From an uncultured Candidatus Saccharibacteria bacterium (GTDB lineage: Bacteria; Patescibacteriota; Minisyncoccia; JBAYJV01), in the NCBI GenBank assembly GCA_964577395.1, contig CAZNYQ010000006.1:7155-71154 (forward strand): a stretch of 64,000 nt of DNA, written 5' to 3'. The stretch's first letter is position 1; each line of letters begins with the position of its first letter. Both the position numbers and the translations under genes were made by a program. A model generated the notes under the pieces. That model had not been told where the DNA came from, made no database searches, and saw only the letters and a list, made by a program, of their open reading frames with translations. Below are positions 27,818-37,054 of this stretch, one piece after another.

Positions 27818-28847
27818 AATTACAATTAACATCTTAACTTGGAATGCAGCTAAATATTTGAAGCCTTGTCTAGATGCAGCCTTGAATCAAGATTATGAAA
27901 ATTTTGAAATTCTTATCATAGATAATAATTCTCAGGACAATACTGTTAAGATTTTGAAGAAATATCTTCAGAAAAATTCTAAAAAAATTCGTTTCTTAAA
28001 AAATAACCGCAACGTTGGTTTTGCGGCTGGCCATAACAGAGGTATTCAAGAAACTGATGGCAAGTATGTTATGCTTTTGAATCAAGATGCTATTTTGACA
28101 AAGAGTTTTCTTAGTCAAGCTGTGCAAATTATGGAAAAAGATTCTCAAATAGCAGCTTTACAACCTCAGGTTTTAAAATATGATTTTAATAAAAATAAGC
28201 CTAAAAACATTTTTGATACTACGGGTCTTGTCATGTTAAGAAATAGAAGAATTATTAATCGAGGACAAGGACAGCAAAAGAACAATCAATACAATAAAAA
28301 GGAAGAAATTTTTGGAGCTGATGGAGCAGTACCAATTTATAGAAGAAAAGCTTTAGAAGATGTTTCTTTGCCAAGTTTTCAAAAAAAGAATCATTTCAAA
28401 AATGAAATTTTTGATGAAAACTTTTTTGCTTATAAAGAGGATGTAGATTTAGCTTGGCGTTTAAGGCTCTATGGATGGAAAGCTGTCTATGCTCCGCAAG
28501 TAGTTGCTTATCATGAAAGAGGGGCTGGTGAAAGCGCTTCTCGCAAAGCTTTTGATATTATTAAAGAAAGAAGAAATATTTCTTTGTTTTCCAAAACCCT
28601 TTCTTTTAAAAATCAACGCTTAATGCAAGTGAAAAACGAAATTCTTGGGCTTTATTTAAAACATTTACCATGGATTCTTTGGAAAGGGATAAGAGCTTGG
28701 GGATATGTTTTAATCTTTGAACCTGCTATCTTAAAAATCCTTCCTACTCTATTCAGACAACTTCCTAAAGCCTTAAAGCAAAGAAAAGTTATTAATAAGA
28801 GAAAAAAGGTGCCCATAAAGGATTTAGAAAAATGGTTTTTAAAATAA
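27795..28847 (+). CDS. GT2 glycosyltransferase
   Basis: IIDNNSQD, NVGFAAGHN, LLNQD, FDENFFAYKEDVDLAWR. Confidence 0.93.
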   Translation: MKKSTLPKITINILTWNAAKYLKPCLDAALNQDYENFEILIIDNNSQDNTVKILKKYLQKNSKKIRFLKNNRNVGFAAGHNRGIQETDGKYVMLLNQDAILTKSFLSQAVQIMEKDSQIAALQPQVLKYDFNKNKPKNIFDTTGLVMLRNRRIINRGQGQQKNNQYNKKEEIFGADGAVPIYRRKALEDVSLPSFQKKNHFKNEIFDENFFAYKEDVDLAWRLRLYGWKAVYAPQVVAYHERGAGESASRKAFDIIKERRNISLFSKTLSFKNQRLMQVKNEILGLYLKHLPWILWKGIRAWGYVLIFEPAILKILPTLFRQLPKALKQRKVINKRKKVPIKDLEKWFLK

Positions 28848-28956
28848 AAGATTATGTCTTTACATTTTAAGACGAAAGAGTTAAACTAATAAATAGATAT
28901 TAAAGGTCGACTATTTTTGGTGTTATATATATCTAAATTTTTGAAAGGAGTGAATA

Positions 28957-29289
28957 ATGGATTTAAAAAACAAAAATTTATGGATTTGGGTTCTTATTGC
29001 TATTATCATTGTTGTCTTAATTGTTCTAGTGGCAACCCAAAATAAGACTCCTGTAACAGAAGAGGGAGAAGAATCAACGCTTCCTGAAGAAGAAGAGGAA
29101 ATCATCCCTGAAGAGGAATTAGTTCCTGAAGAAGAAGAGGAAGAAGAATTACCTGAAGAAGAAGTTGTTCCCGAAGAAGAAGGCGAGGAAGAGGAAGAAG
29201 AAATGACCGAAGAAGAGGAAGTCTTACCAGGAGAAGAATTGACTGAAGAAGAGGAAGAAGAAGAATCAGAAGAATCCGAAGAGGAATAA
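28957..29289 (+). CDS. Single-TM protein with Glu/Pro low-complexity tail (110 aa)
   Basis: SD aaggag; one TM; repeated xPEEE units; terminator follows. Confidence 0.8.
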   Translation: MDLKNKNLWIWVLIAIIIVVLIVLVATQNKTPVTEEGEESTLPEEEEEIIPEEELVPEEEEEEELPEEEVVPEEEGEEEEEEMTEEEEVLPGEELTEEEEEEESEESEEE

Positions 29290-29309
29290 ATATTATTTAA
29301 AATCAAATC

Positions 29310-29341
29310 AATGATACCACCTTGGAGGAGGTGGTATTATT
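29310..29341 (+). terminator. Probable terminator hairpin
   Basis: aatgataccacct / aggtggtattatt stem. Confidence 0.65.
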
Positions 29342-29419
29342 ATATTTCAATAGTTTTATATCCCCTTTCTTTTTTAAAATTTATGTGGTAAAGTAAATTT
29401 TAAGATTAGCTTATTAAAT

Positions 29420-30229
29420 ATGGCAAATCCTCAATTATCTATTATTATCACTCACTATAAAACTCCTCATCTTTTATTGAGTTGTCTTAAGGCAATTGAA
29501 GAAAACTTAAATAATATTAAGTATGAGGTTTTTGTTTCTGACTCTGAAGCTAATGCAGGTACTGCTTTTTTAATTCAATATCATCATCCCAAAGTAAAGC
29601 ATTTAGCTTTTAAAAGAAATGTTGGTTACGCAAGGCTTGTTAATAAAGGCCTTGATAATGCTCAAGGTCGTTTTATTCTAATTTTAAACGCAGATACCGT
29701 TATCGAAGATGAAAATGCTATTAAAAAAATGATGGATTTCTTAGAGAATAATAAACAAGTTGGTGTTGTAGGCCCTAAATTGATTAATATTGATGGAACT
29801 TTACAGAAATCATTTTTTAAAGAATATACCCTGAATGCTGTTTTAGCTCGGAGAACTTTATGGAAAAAAACTCATTGGGGTAAGAGAGCTTTAGAAAAAT
29901 TTGAGATTCAAAAAAAGAAAAAAGATAAACCTTTTAAAGTTGATTGGGTTATGGGTTCGGCTATGATGACGACGAAAGAATTGGTTAATGAGATAGGAAA
30001 ACTTGATACAAGATATTTTATGTATTTTGAAGATGTTGATTGGTGCCGTCGCTTTAGAGAAGCAGGCTATCAAGTATATTACTTACCTAATGCTAAAATT
30101 CGTCATTTTCATATTAAAGAATCTGATTCAAAAAAAGGTATTATTGACATCTTTACCAATAAATTAACAAGAATACATATCTTAAGCTATTTTAAATATT
30201 TAATTAAATGGCGTTTGCAAAAAGCTTAA
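29420..30229 (+). CDS. GT2 glycosyltransferase (rhamnosyltransferase WbbL-like)
   Basis: LILNAD, VGPKL, VDWVMGS, YFMYFEDVDWCRR; directly upstream of rmlB/rmlC-like genes. Confidence 0.9.
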   Translation: MANPQLSIIITHYKTPHLLLSCLKAIEENLNNIKYEVFVSDSEANAGTAFLIQYHHPKVKHLAFKRNVGYARLVNKGLDNAQGRFILILNADTVIEDENAIKKMMDFLENNKQVGVVGPKLINIDGTLQKSFFKEYTLNAVLARRTLWKKTHWGKRALEKFEIQKKKKDKPFKVDWVMGSAMMTTKELVNEIGKLDTRYFMYFEDVDWCRRFREAGYQVYYLPNAKIRHFHIKESDSKKGIIDIFTNKLTRIHILSYFKYLIKWRLQKA

Positions 30230-30233
30230 ATTT

Positions 30234-32453
30234 ATGGATCAGTTAAAAAAAGATTTAAAATTAAAAAATGCTTCTCAAGCTTACTTAAAAAAACTTAAGA
30301 AGCTTTTGAAGATGTATCAAGATGGTAAAATGAGCTTGAATGAGTTATCTGTTGTGACAGAACTTGATAAAGATAAATTGTTGGACTATTTTCATAAATC
30401 TGGTAAGGCAAAAAAGAAAATTCTAATTTGTGGCGGTGCTGGCTTTATTGGAAGTAATTTTATCCATCATCTTTTAAGAAAGTATCCCGGCTATGAAATT
30501 ATTAATTATGATAAATTAACTTACGCGGGTAATCTTGATAATTTAAAGGATATTGAAAATAATCCTCACTATAAATTTATTAAGGGAGACATTGCTGACG
30601 CAAAAAAAGTTGAAGAAACTTTTAAGAAAGAAAAACCAGATATGATTGTCAATTTTAGCGCAGAAAGTATTAGTGGCGATACTTATTTACCCATATACAG
30701 AGGTGGTAAAATTATGATAGAAACCTTTGAAGAACTTTTTAAAAGAATTGCTAAATATAGTCAAAACAAAGTAAAAAAGAGTAAAAATGGTGTTGAGGTT
30801 ATAGATATTAAGGAAGGAAAAGCTTATAAAGCATTATCAAATTATGGGGGTATTGGTTATTGGCAACCCATTAGACAAATTTCTCGTCATTATTTTGAAG
30901 GAAATTTAATTTGTCTTAATCAAAAATGGGGAGAAATAGTAGCTACTAATAATCATTCTATCTATGATATTCAAGGTAAATTAACAACGCCTCAAAAAAA
31001 TCCTACATTACTTTCTCTTCGAAATATTAATTACATCTGTAAAAAGAATTTTTATCAAAATTTTAAAGGCAAGAAGCTTGAAAGTTTATTGAGAATAATG
31101 GCAGCTTATATTACTGAAGGTAATGCAACTTTCAATAAAGCTAACGGAGGTCATATTGTTAGTATAGCCAATCAAGACAAACAATGGATTGATCTTTTAA
31201 TAAAAGATTTTAAAAAATTAGGTTATAAACCAGGTTGTTTAAAAAGAAAAGAAGGCTGGTATCAGCTAACAATTGTTAACAAGTATTTTTACAACTTTCT
31301 AAGAGAAACTTGTGGTGTTTATTCAAAACATAAATTTATTCCTCCTTTTGTATTTCAGTTGAAACCTGCATTGCAAAGATTGTTTTTAGAAAATCTTATT
31401 CAAGGTGATGGTGAAACAATCAGAAATAAAAATTATAACAGTTATCGTTATACTACTAATTCTAAAAAATTAGCAACAGGACTTTCTTTATTATTAACTT
31501 TATTAAAAGAGAATCTTAGAGTTCACAAAGATGAAAGATTTAATGCTTATACCTTATCATTTGGTAATGACTATAAAATTTCCTCCCTTAATAAGAAGAA
31601 AAAAACAATTCCTTACAAGGGATATGTTTATGATATTGAAGTTGCTGATACTCATAATTTTGTATGTGGAGTAGGTAATATTGTTGCTCATAATACGCAC
31701 GTTGACAGAAGCATTCATGATGGTGCACGAGAATTTTTAGAGGCTAATGTTTTAGGAGTTCATACTCTCCTTGAAGCTGTAAGGCATCATAAGACAGAGA
31801 AATATATCCAGATTTCAACTGATGAAACTTATGGCACGGTTGCTTTAGATGATAACAGGAAATTTACTGAAGATACTCCTTTTGCCCCCAATGTTCCTTA
31901 TGCTGCAGCAAAAGCAGGGGGAGATTTAATGTGCCGCGCTTATAATAAAACTCATAATGTTCCTGTTATTGTAACTCACTGTTCTAATAATTATGGTCCT
32001 TATCAATATCCGGAAAAATTAATTCCTTTTATACTTTTTAAAGCTCTTCATAAAGAAAAATTACCCATTTACGGAGATGGTAAAAATGTGAGGGATTGGA
32101 TATATGTTTTAGATCATTGCCAAGCTATTGATGATATTCTGCATAAAGGCAAGCCGGGCGAAGTATATAATATTGGAGCTGATCAAGAGAGAGATAATTT
32201 AACAGTTGCGCGAGCCATTTTAAAGATTTTAGGGAGAAGTGATAATTTAATCACTTTTGTAGATGATCGTCCTGGCCATGACAGACGTTACTCTATTGAT
32301 GCTACTAAGATTAAAAAAGAACTTAATTGGGAACCGACTAAAATATTTGAAAAGACTCTCCCTAATGTTGTTGATTGGTATTTAAATAATCAATGGTGGA
32401 TTCGCAATATTCAAAAAAGAGGCGGAGCTTTTAACATTCATATTAAAAAATAG
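30234..32453 (+). CDS. rfbB: dTDP-glucose 4,6-dehydratase containing an intein, with ~60-aa N-terminal extension
   Basis: GGAGFIGSNF, DKLTYAGN, NFSAE|...|THVDRS, ISTDETYG, YAAAK, SNNYGPYQYPEKLIP, DRPGHDRRY. Confidence 0.95.
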   Translation: MDQLKKDLKLKNASQAYLKKLKKLLKMYQDGKMSLNELSVVTELDKDKLLDYFHKSGKAKKKILICGGAGFIGSNFIHHLLRKYPGYEIINYDKLTYAGNLDNLKDIENNPHYKFIKGDIADAKKVEETFKKEKPDMIVNFSAESISGDTYLPIYRGGKIMIETFEELFKRIAKYSQNKVKKSKNGVEVIDIKEGKAYKALSNYGGIGYWQPIRQISRHYFEGNLICLNQKWGEIVATNNHSIYDIQGKLTTPQKNPTLLSLRNINYICKKNFYQNFKGKKLESLLRIMAAYITEGNATFNKANGGHIVSIANQDKQWIDLLIKDFKKLGYKPGCLKRKEGWYQLTIVNKYFYNFLRETCGVYSKHKFIPPFVFQLKPALQRLFLENLIQGDGETIRNKNYNSYRYTTNSKKLATGLSLLLTLLKENLRVHKDERFNAYTLSFGNDYKISSLNKKKKTIPYKGYVYDIEVADTHNFVCGVGNIVAHNTHVDRSIHDGAREFLEANVLGVHTLLEAVRHHKTEKYIQISTDETYGTVALDDNRKFTEDTPFAPNVPYAAAKAGGDLMCRAYNKTHNVPVIVTHCSNNYGPYQYPEKLIPFILFKALHKEKLPIYGDGKNVRDWIYVLDHCQAIDDILHKGKPGEVYNIGADQERDNLTVARAILKILGRSDNLITFVDDRPGHDRRYSIDATKIKKELNWEPTKIFEKTLPNVVDWYLNNQWWIRNIQKRGGAFNIHIKK
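30666..31694 (+). mobile_element. Intein (343 aa) with LAGLIDADG homing endonuclease
   Basis: Block A SISGDT, block B ATNNH, LAGLIDADG-like IMAAYITEG and FLENLIQGDG, block F VYDIEVADTHNF, block G VAHN followed by Thr; removal restores AE-T-HVDRS. Confidence 0.95.
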
Positions 32454-32456
32454 CTT

Positions 32457-33002
32457 ATGGAAATTATAGAGACTCCTATTGAAGGATTAAAAATAAAATT
32501 TAATAAAATTATTGGAGACACAAGAGGTTACTTAGCTGAAATTGCTCCCAGTGGAGTAAATAATGATTTTATTCAAGGTAAAATTGGTAATGTCTATTTA
32601 GCTACTGGCACAGAAAAAGGTGTTCCTCGCGGGGGACATTATCATCATGATTTAATTGAGAATTTTTATACTATTTCAGGGACAACTTTATGGCTGTTTA
32701 AGGATTTTAGAAAAGAAAGTGCGACTTACAAGAAGACGTATGCAATAATTTTAGGAGAAAAAGATGAAAATTTAAATGTAGACTATATTGATGAATACTT
32801 ATTACCCGGAACAATGGCTCAAATACTTGTTCCAACAGAAGTTTATCACGTTTTTTACCCTTTAACAGATAAAGAAGTAAAGGTTTTAGCAATTACAAAT
32901 CTACCCCATAATAATGATGATTATGTAAGATTTAAGCCTGAAGATGATCAAGACCTTAAAAAATTGAAAGAAGAAAAGTTAAGAATTATAAAAAACCCTT
33001 GA
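32457..33002 (+). CDS. RmlC-like cupin (dTDP-sugar epimerase/isomerase family)
   Basis: MEIIETPIEGL, DTRGYLAE, RGGHYH, DFRKESATY, VPTEVYH. Confidence 0.8.
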   Translation: MEIIETPIEGLKIKFNKIIGDTRGYLAEIAPSGVNNDFIQGKIGNVYLATGTEKGVPRGGHYHHDLIENFYTISGTTLWLFKDFRKESATYKKTYAIILGEKDENLNVDYIDEYLLPGTMAQILVPTEVYHVFYPLTDKEVKVLAITNLPHNNDDYVRFKPEDDQDLKKLKEEKLRIIKNP

Positions 33003-33026
33003 CATAATAAATATATTCGTTATACT
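32999..33026 (+). promoter_or_regulatory. Sigma70-type promoter for the candidate ncRNA
   Basis: TTGACA - 16 nt - TATACT. Confidence 0.75.
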
Positions 33027-33032
33027 TATTAC

Positions 33033-33177
33033 AGAAGATGTGTGCTTGCTGAAATGAATCGAAAAAAAAGTGGAACACTAAAAAAGTAGAACACTACAAA
33101 ATATAAAAAATCTTCAGTGAGCAAAAAACAGGAAGCAAGCACACAAAGGGGTCGTTTAAGAAAGAACGGCCCCTTTT
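33033..33177 (+). ncRNA. Candidate standalone non-coding RNA (~140 nt)
   Basis: Perfect 12-bp long-range stem 33039-33050/33134-33145 closing an A-rich interior; terminator hairpin aaaggggtcgtt/aacggccccttt; no credible ORF. Confidence 0.65.
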
Positions 33178-33307
33178 CAATTTTATATTACAGCACAACT
33201 TGCATTAATCCTTTCATATTGATTTTGCTTCTTTTTATGATTAGAATAAAAGGTACGGAATTTTTATTTACAATAGGAATTACTCTTTATTCAATTTTAA
33301 GATTTAG

Positions 33308-34597
33308 ATGATTAATTTTTTAGAAAATGTTCAGTGGCAACTTCAGAAAACAGCAAATATTTTAAAAATTTCTCCTGAAGTTTTAAAAAATATCCAACAG
33401 CCTAATAGAATTCTTCAATTTTCCATTCCAATTAAGAGAGCCAATGGGCAAATGGAAGCTTTTCCTGCTTTTAGAATTCAACATTCTAATTTATTAGGTC
33501 CCTATAAAGGAGGAATTCTTTTTTCTCCTGAAGTAAATGTTGGACAAATCAAGGCGTTAGCTGAAATTATGACATGGAAGACATCTTTAGTTGGATTGCC
33601 TTTTGGAGGAGCTAAGGGAGGTATTCGAGTAGATCCTGAAAGACTTTCGCGTCAAGAATTGGAAGAACTTTCTCGGGGATATATTAAGGGAATTTTTAAT
33701 TTTTTAGGACCTCAAGTAGATATTCCTGCGCCTGATATTAATACTAATCCTCAAATAATTGCTTGGATGATTGATGAATTTTCTCTTTTAAAAGGGGAAT
33801 TTGTACCGGCTGCTTTTACCGGTAAGCCTCTTAATATATCAGGTTCTAAAGGGCGGGATGTAGCGGCTGCGTACGGAGGAGCTATTATTCTAAAAGAAAT
33901 TATAAAAGATTTTTTTCCAAATCAACTTAATAATTCTCCTACCGTTGCTTTGCAAGGATTTGGTAAAATAGGTAAGAATTTAGCAAGAATATTGCAAGGA
34001 GCTGGATTTAATATTGTTGCCCTAGCTGATAAAACAGGCGGTATTAGAGATTTTCAAGGAAAAAAATTAGATATTGATAAAATTATTCAATGCATTAAAG
34101 AAAAAAATTCTTTAATTGATTGTTATTGCCATAATGAACGATGTTTTAAAGCAAGCAAGAATCAGCAAATTAATAATGAAGATTTATTAAAAACTGAAGT
34201 AGATATTTTGATTTTAGCAGCTGTTGAAGAGCAAATTCATAAAGATAACGCTGAACATATTCAAGCAAAAATTGTTTTAGAAATAGCTAATGGAGCTATT
34301 AATTATGAGGGTGAAAATATTTTAGCCCAACGCGATATTTTAATAGTGCCTGATATTTTAGCTGGTGCTGGTGGGGTAATCGCAAGTTATTTAGAGTGGT
34401 TTCAAAACATTGAAGAATCTTATTGGCCCGAAGAGCAAGTTTTAGAAAGAACCGAAAGGATGCTTTTAGATGCCTATGAAAGCGTTAAAAACATTGCTCT
34501 TGAAAGACGAGTATCTCTTAAAGAAGCAGCTCGTATTAAAGCTATTGAAAGATTGGCTCGTCAATTAAACTTAAAAAAAGCTCGCCAAGAAATTTGA
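33308..34597 (+). CDS. gdhA: Glu/Leu/Phe/Val dehydrogenase family protein (GdhA-like, divergent)
   Basis: GPYKGG, MTWK, LPFGGAKGG, DIPAPD, TGKP, QGFG, SYLEW. Confidence 0.88.
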   Translation: MINFLENVQWQLQKTANILKISPEVLKNIQQPNRILQFSIPIKRANGQMEAFPAFRIQHSNLLGPYKGGILFSPEVNVGQIKALAEIMTWKTSLVGLPFGGAKGGIRVDPERLSRQELEELSRGYIKGIFNFLGPQVDIPAPDINTNPQIIAWMIDEFSLLKGEFVPAAFTGKPLNISGSKGRDVAAAYGGAIILKEIIKDFFPNQLNNSPTVALQGFGKIGKNLARILQGAGFNIVALADKTGGIRDFQGKKLDIDKIIQCIKEKNSLIDCYCHNERCFKASKNQQINNEDLLKTEVDILILAAVEEQIHKDNAEHIQAKIVLEIANGAINYEGENILAQRDILIVPDILAGAGGVIASYLEWFQNIEESYWPEEQVLERTERMLLDAYESVKNIALERRVSLKEAARIKAIERLARQLNLKKARQEI

Positions 34598-34645
34598 AAA
34601 TTTTTTTTAAAATGATATATTAATTAAATATTTTAAAAATTAAAA

Positions 34646-36049
34646 ATGCTTAATTCTTTTTCCCAACAATCAAAAATTAGAATGGCAGTTATCGGTATTT
34701 TTTTAATAGCTTTCTTAGCTGTTAATTTAGATTTTCCTCAACTTTGGAATGGTTTCGCAGAGAAATTAAATAATAAATTTCCTGAAGGAATAGCAGGCAG
34801 AGAAATGCGTTTAATTAATGAAAAAGATTTTAAACTAGGGCTTGATTTGCAAGGTGGCACCCATTTAGTTTATACAGCAGATATGTCTCAGATTGAGGAG
34901 AAAGAAAGAGAAGATGCTTTAGCGGGGGTAAGAGATGTCATTGAAAGAAGAGTAAATATGTTCGGCGTATCTGAACCAGTTGTTCAAGCTGATGTATCGT
35001 CTAATCATTATCGCTTAATTGTTGAGTTAGCGGGAGTTAAAGATGTTAAAAAAGCTATTGAGATGATTGGGCAGACGCCTTACCTAGAATTTAAAGAAGA
35101 AAAATCTGAAGAAGAACAGGGCAAGCAACAAGTTCAAATTAATGATGCAGGTGAAGCAGAAATTCAATTAGAAGATCCTTACTTTAAAAGCACAGGTTTA
35201 GATGGTCGCATGCTTAAAGAAGCCAAAGTTTCTTTTAATCAAAATACTGGTCAGCCTGAGATTATTTTTAAATTAAACGATGAAGGAGCAGAATTATTTG
35301 GTCAGATTACCCAAAGAAATATCGGCAAGAGAGTTGCTATTTACCTAGATGGTACCCCTATTAGCATTCCAGTTGTCAATGAAGCCATTAAAAATGGCGA
35401 AGCTCGTATTACGGGAGATTTTACTATTGTGGAAGCCAGAGAATTGGTACGTAGCTTAAATGCAGGTGCTTTACCAGTTCCGATTACAATTATTAGTCAA
35501 AAGACTGTTGGGGCTAGCTTAGGCCAAGAATCCCTTGATAAGAGCTTAAAAGCTGGTATTTTAGGCTTTATTTTAATAGCACTTTTTATGCTTTTCTATT
35601 ATCGTCTACCGGGTGTTTTGGCTGTTATATCTCTTTTAATATATGGAGTCTTTGTCTTAGCTATTTTCAAGCTTGTTCCGGTGACTTTAACATTAGCAGG
35701 TATTGCTGGCTTCATTTTAACGATTGGCATGGCAGTTGATGCCAATGTCCTAATTTTTGAGAGAATGAAGGAAGAAATTAAGGAGCGTGATAATTTAAAA
35801 CAATCTATCGAAGAGGGATTTAAGAGAGCTTGGAGCTCTATTCGGGACGGTAATTTTTCTACTTTAATTACAGCTGCTATTTTATATGGTGTTGGAGTAA
35901 GCTTTGTAAGAGGTTTTGCGCTTACTTTGAGTATTGGTGTTTTAATGTCTATGTTGACAGCTGTTGTTTTCACACGCCAGCTTTTATTATTATTAGTCCA
36001 AACTAAGATTAAAAAATTTAATTGGTTATGGATGAAAACAAAGTATTAA
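34646..36049 (+). CDS. secD: Protein translocase subunit SecD
   Basis: LGLDLQGG, RRVNMFGVSEP, AGALPVP, IGMAVDANVLIFER. Confidence 0.98.
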   Translation: MLNSFSQQSKIRMAVIGIFLIAFLAVNLDFPQLWNGFAEKLNNKFPEGIAGREMRLINEKDFKLGLDLQGGTHLVYTADMSQIEEKEREDALAGVRDVIERRVNMFGVSEPVVQADVSSNHYRLIVELAGVKDVKKAIEMIGQTPYLEFKEEKSEEEQGKQQVQINDAGEAEIQLEDPYFKSTGLDGRMLKEAKVSFNQNTGQPEIIFKLNDEGAELFGQITQRNIGKRVAIYLDGTPISIPVVNEAIKNGEARITGDFTIVEARELVRSLNAGALPVPITIISQKTVGASLGQESLDKSLKAGILGFILIALFMLFYYRLPGVLAVISLLIYGVFVLAIFKLVPVTLTLAGIAGFILTIGMAVDANVLIFERMKEEIKERDNLKQSIEEGFKRAWSSIRDGNFSTLITAAILYGVGVSFVRGFALTLSIGVLMSMLTAVVFTRQLLLLLVQTKIKKFNWLWMKTKY

Positions 36050-36058
36050 TAGTATTTT

Positions 36059-36955
36059 ATGCTTAAATATCGTAAAATTTATTTTTCCTTTTCTATTGTC
36101 TTATTGGTGATTAGTATTATTAGTTTAGCTTTATGGCAGCTTAACTTTGGGATTGAGTTTACCGGAGGCAGTCTTTTAGAAGTTTCTTTTAGCAAAAAGG
36201 TGCCTGAGGTAGGAGTTATACGTAAAGCTTTAGAAAAAGAATCGTTAGAAAGCTTAGTTGTCCAACCGACAGCTCAATCAACCGTTATCTTACGTTTTCA
36301 AGAGATTCAAGAAGAAACTCATCAAAATGTTATAGGTGCTTTGCAAGAGTTGGCTCAAGAAGAACAGCAAGATTTAGAAGAGAAAAGATATGATGCTATT
36401 GGGCCTGTTATAGGAGAGGAATTAAAAAGAAGAACTTTCTGGGCGATTATTCTAAGTTTAATAGGGATTATTTCATACATTGCTTGGGCTTTTAAGAAAG
36501 TTTCTTGGCCCATTGCTTCTTGGAAATATGGCTTGATAGCTATTTTAACGCTTTTTCATGATTTGATTATAGTTTTAGGGATTTTCTCTATTTTAGGAAG
36601 ATTTGCTAACATCGAAGTTGGAGTACCTTTTGTAGCAGCCCTGATGACTATTTTAGGTTATTCTGTTAACGATACAATTGTTATTTTTGATAGAATCAGA
36701 GAGAATCTTTTAAAAAGCTATAAAGAAAAATTTGAAGATATTATTAATAAAAGCGTGCGAGAAAGCTACATTCGTTCTTTGAATACTTCTTTAACTACCA
36801 TAATTGTTTTAGCATGTATTTTTTTCTTTGGAGGTGCAACTATTCGTGATTTCATTCTTGCCTTAATAGCTGGTATTTTTCTAGGGACATATTCTTCTCT
36901 CTTTGTAGCAAGCCCTCTCCTAGTTATGTGGGAGAGCTGGAAACACAGAGGTTAA
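36059..36955 (+). CDS. secF: Protein translocase subunit SecF
   Basis: GIEFTGG, IGPVIGEEL, GYSVNDTIVIFDRIREN, GTYSS. Confidence 0.98.
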   Translation: MLKYRKIYFSFSIVLLVISIISLALWQLNFGIEFTGGSLLEVSFSKKVPEVGVIRKALEKESLESLVVQPTAQSTVILRFQEIQEETHQNVIGALQELAQEEQQDLEEKRYDAIGPVIGEELKRRTFWAIILSLIGIISYIAWAFKKVSWPIASWKYGLIAILTLFHDLIIVLGIFSILGRFANIEVGVPFVAALMTILGYSVNDTIVIFDRIRENLLKSYKEKFEDIINKSVRESYIRSLNTSLTTIIVLACIFFFGGATIRDFILALIAGIFLGTYSSLFVASPLLVMWESWKHRG

Positions 36956-37054
36956 GTATTAATATTGAAGATTTAAAAGATGTAAAAAGCTTTTTCTTTT
37001 TTTAAAAGATAGATTTTTATGTTAAAATATGTTTAGAATTGTTATAAAATATCT

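Noticed and set aside
28923-29306. 127-aa Ser-rich minus-strand ORF
   Set aside because: Antisense shadow of the GAA-rich plus-strand gene, which has the SD, TM helix and terminator
33110-33145. caggaagcaagc resembling SRP RNA helix 8
   Set aside because: The CAGG-stem-GNRA-stem-AGCAG arrangement cannot be formed
33117-33311. 64-aa ORF before gdhA
   Set aside because: Runs through a terminator and promoter region, has no SD and no recognisable protein features
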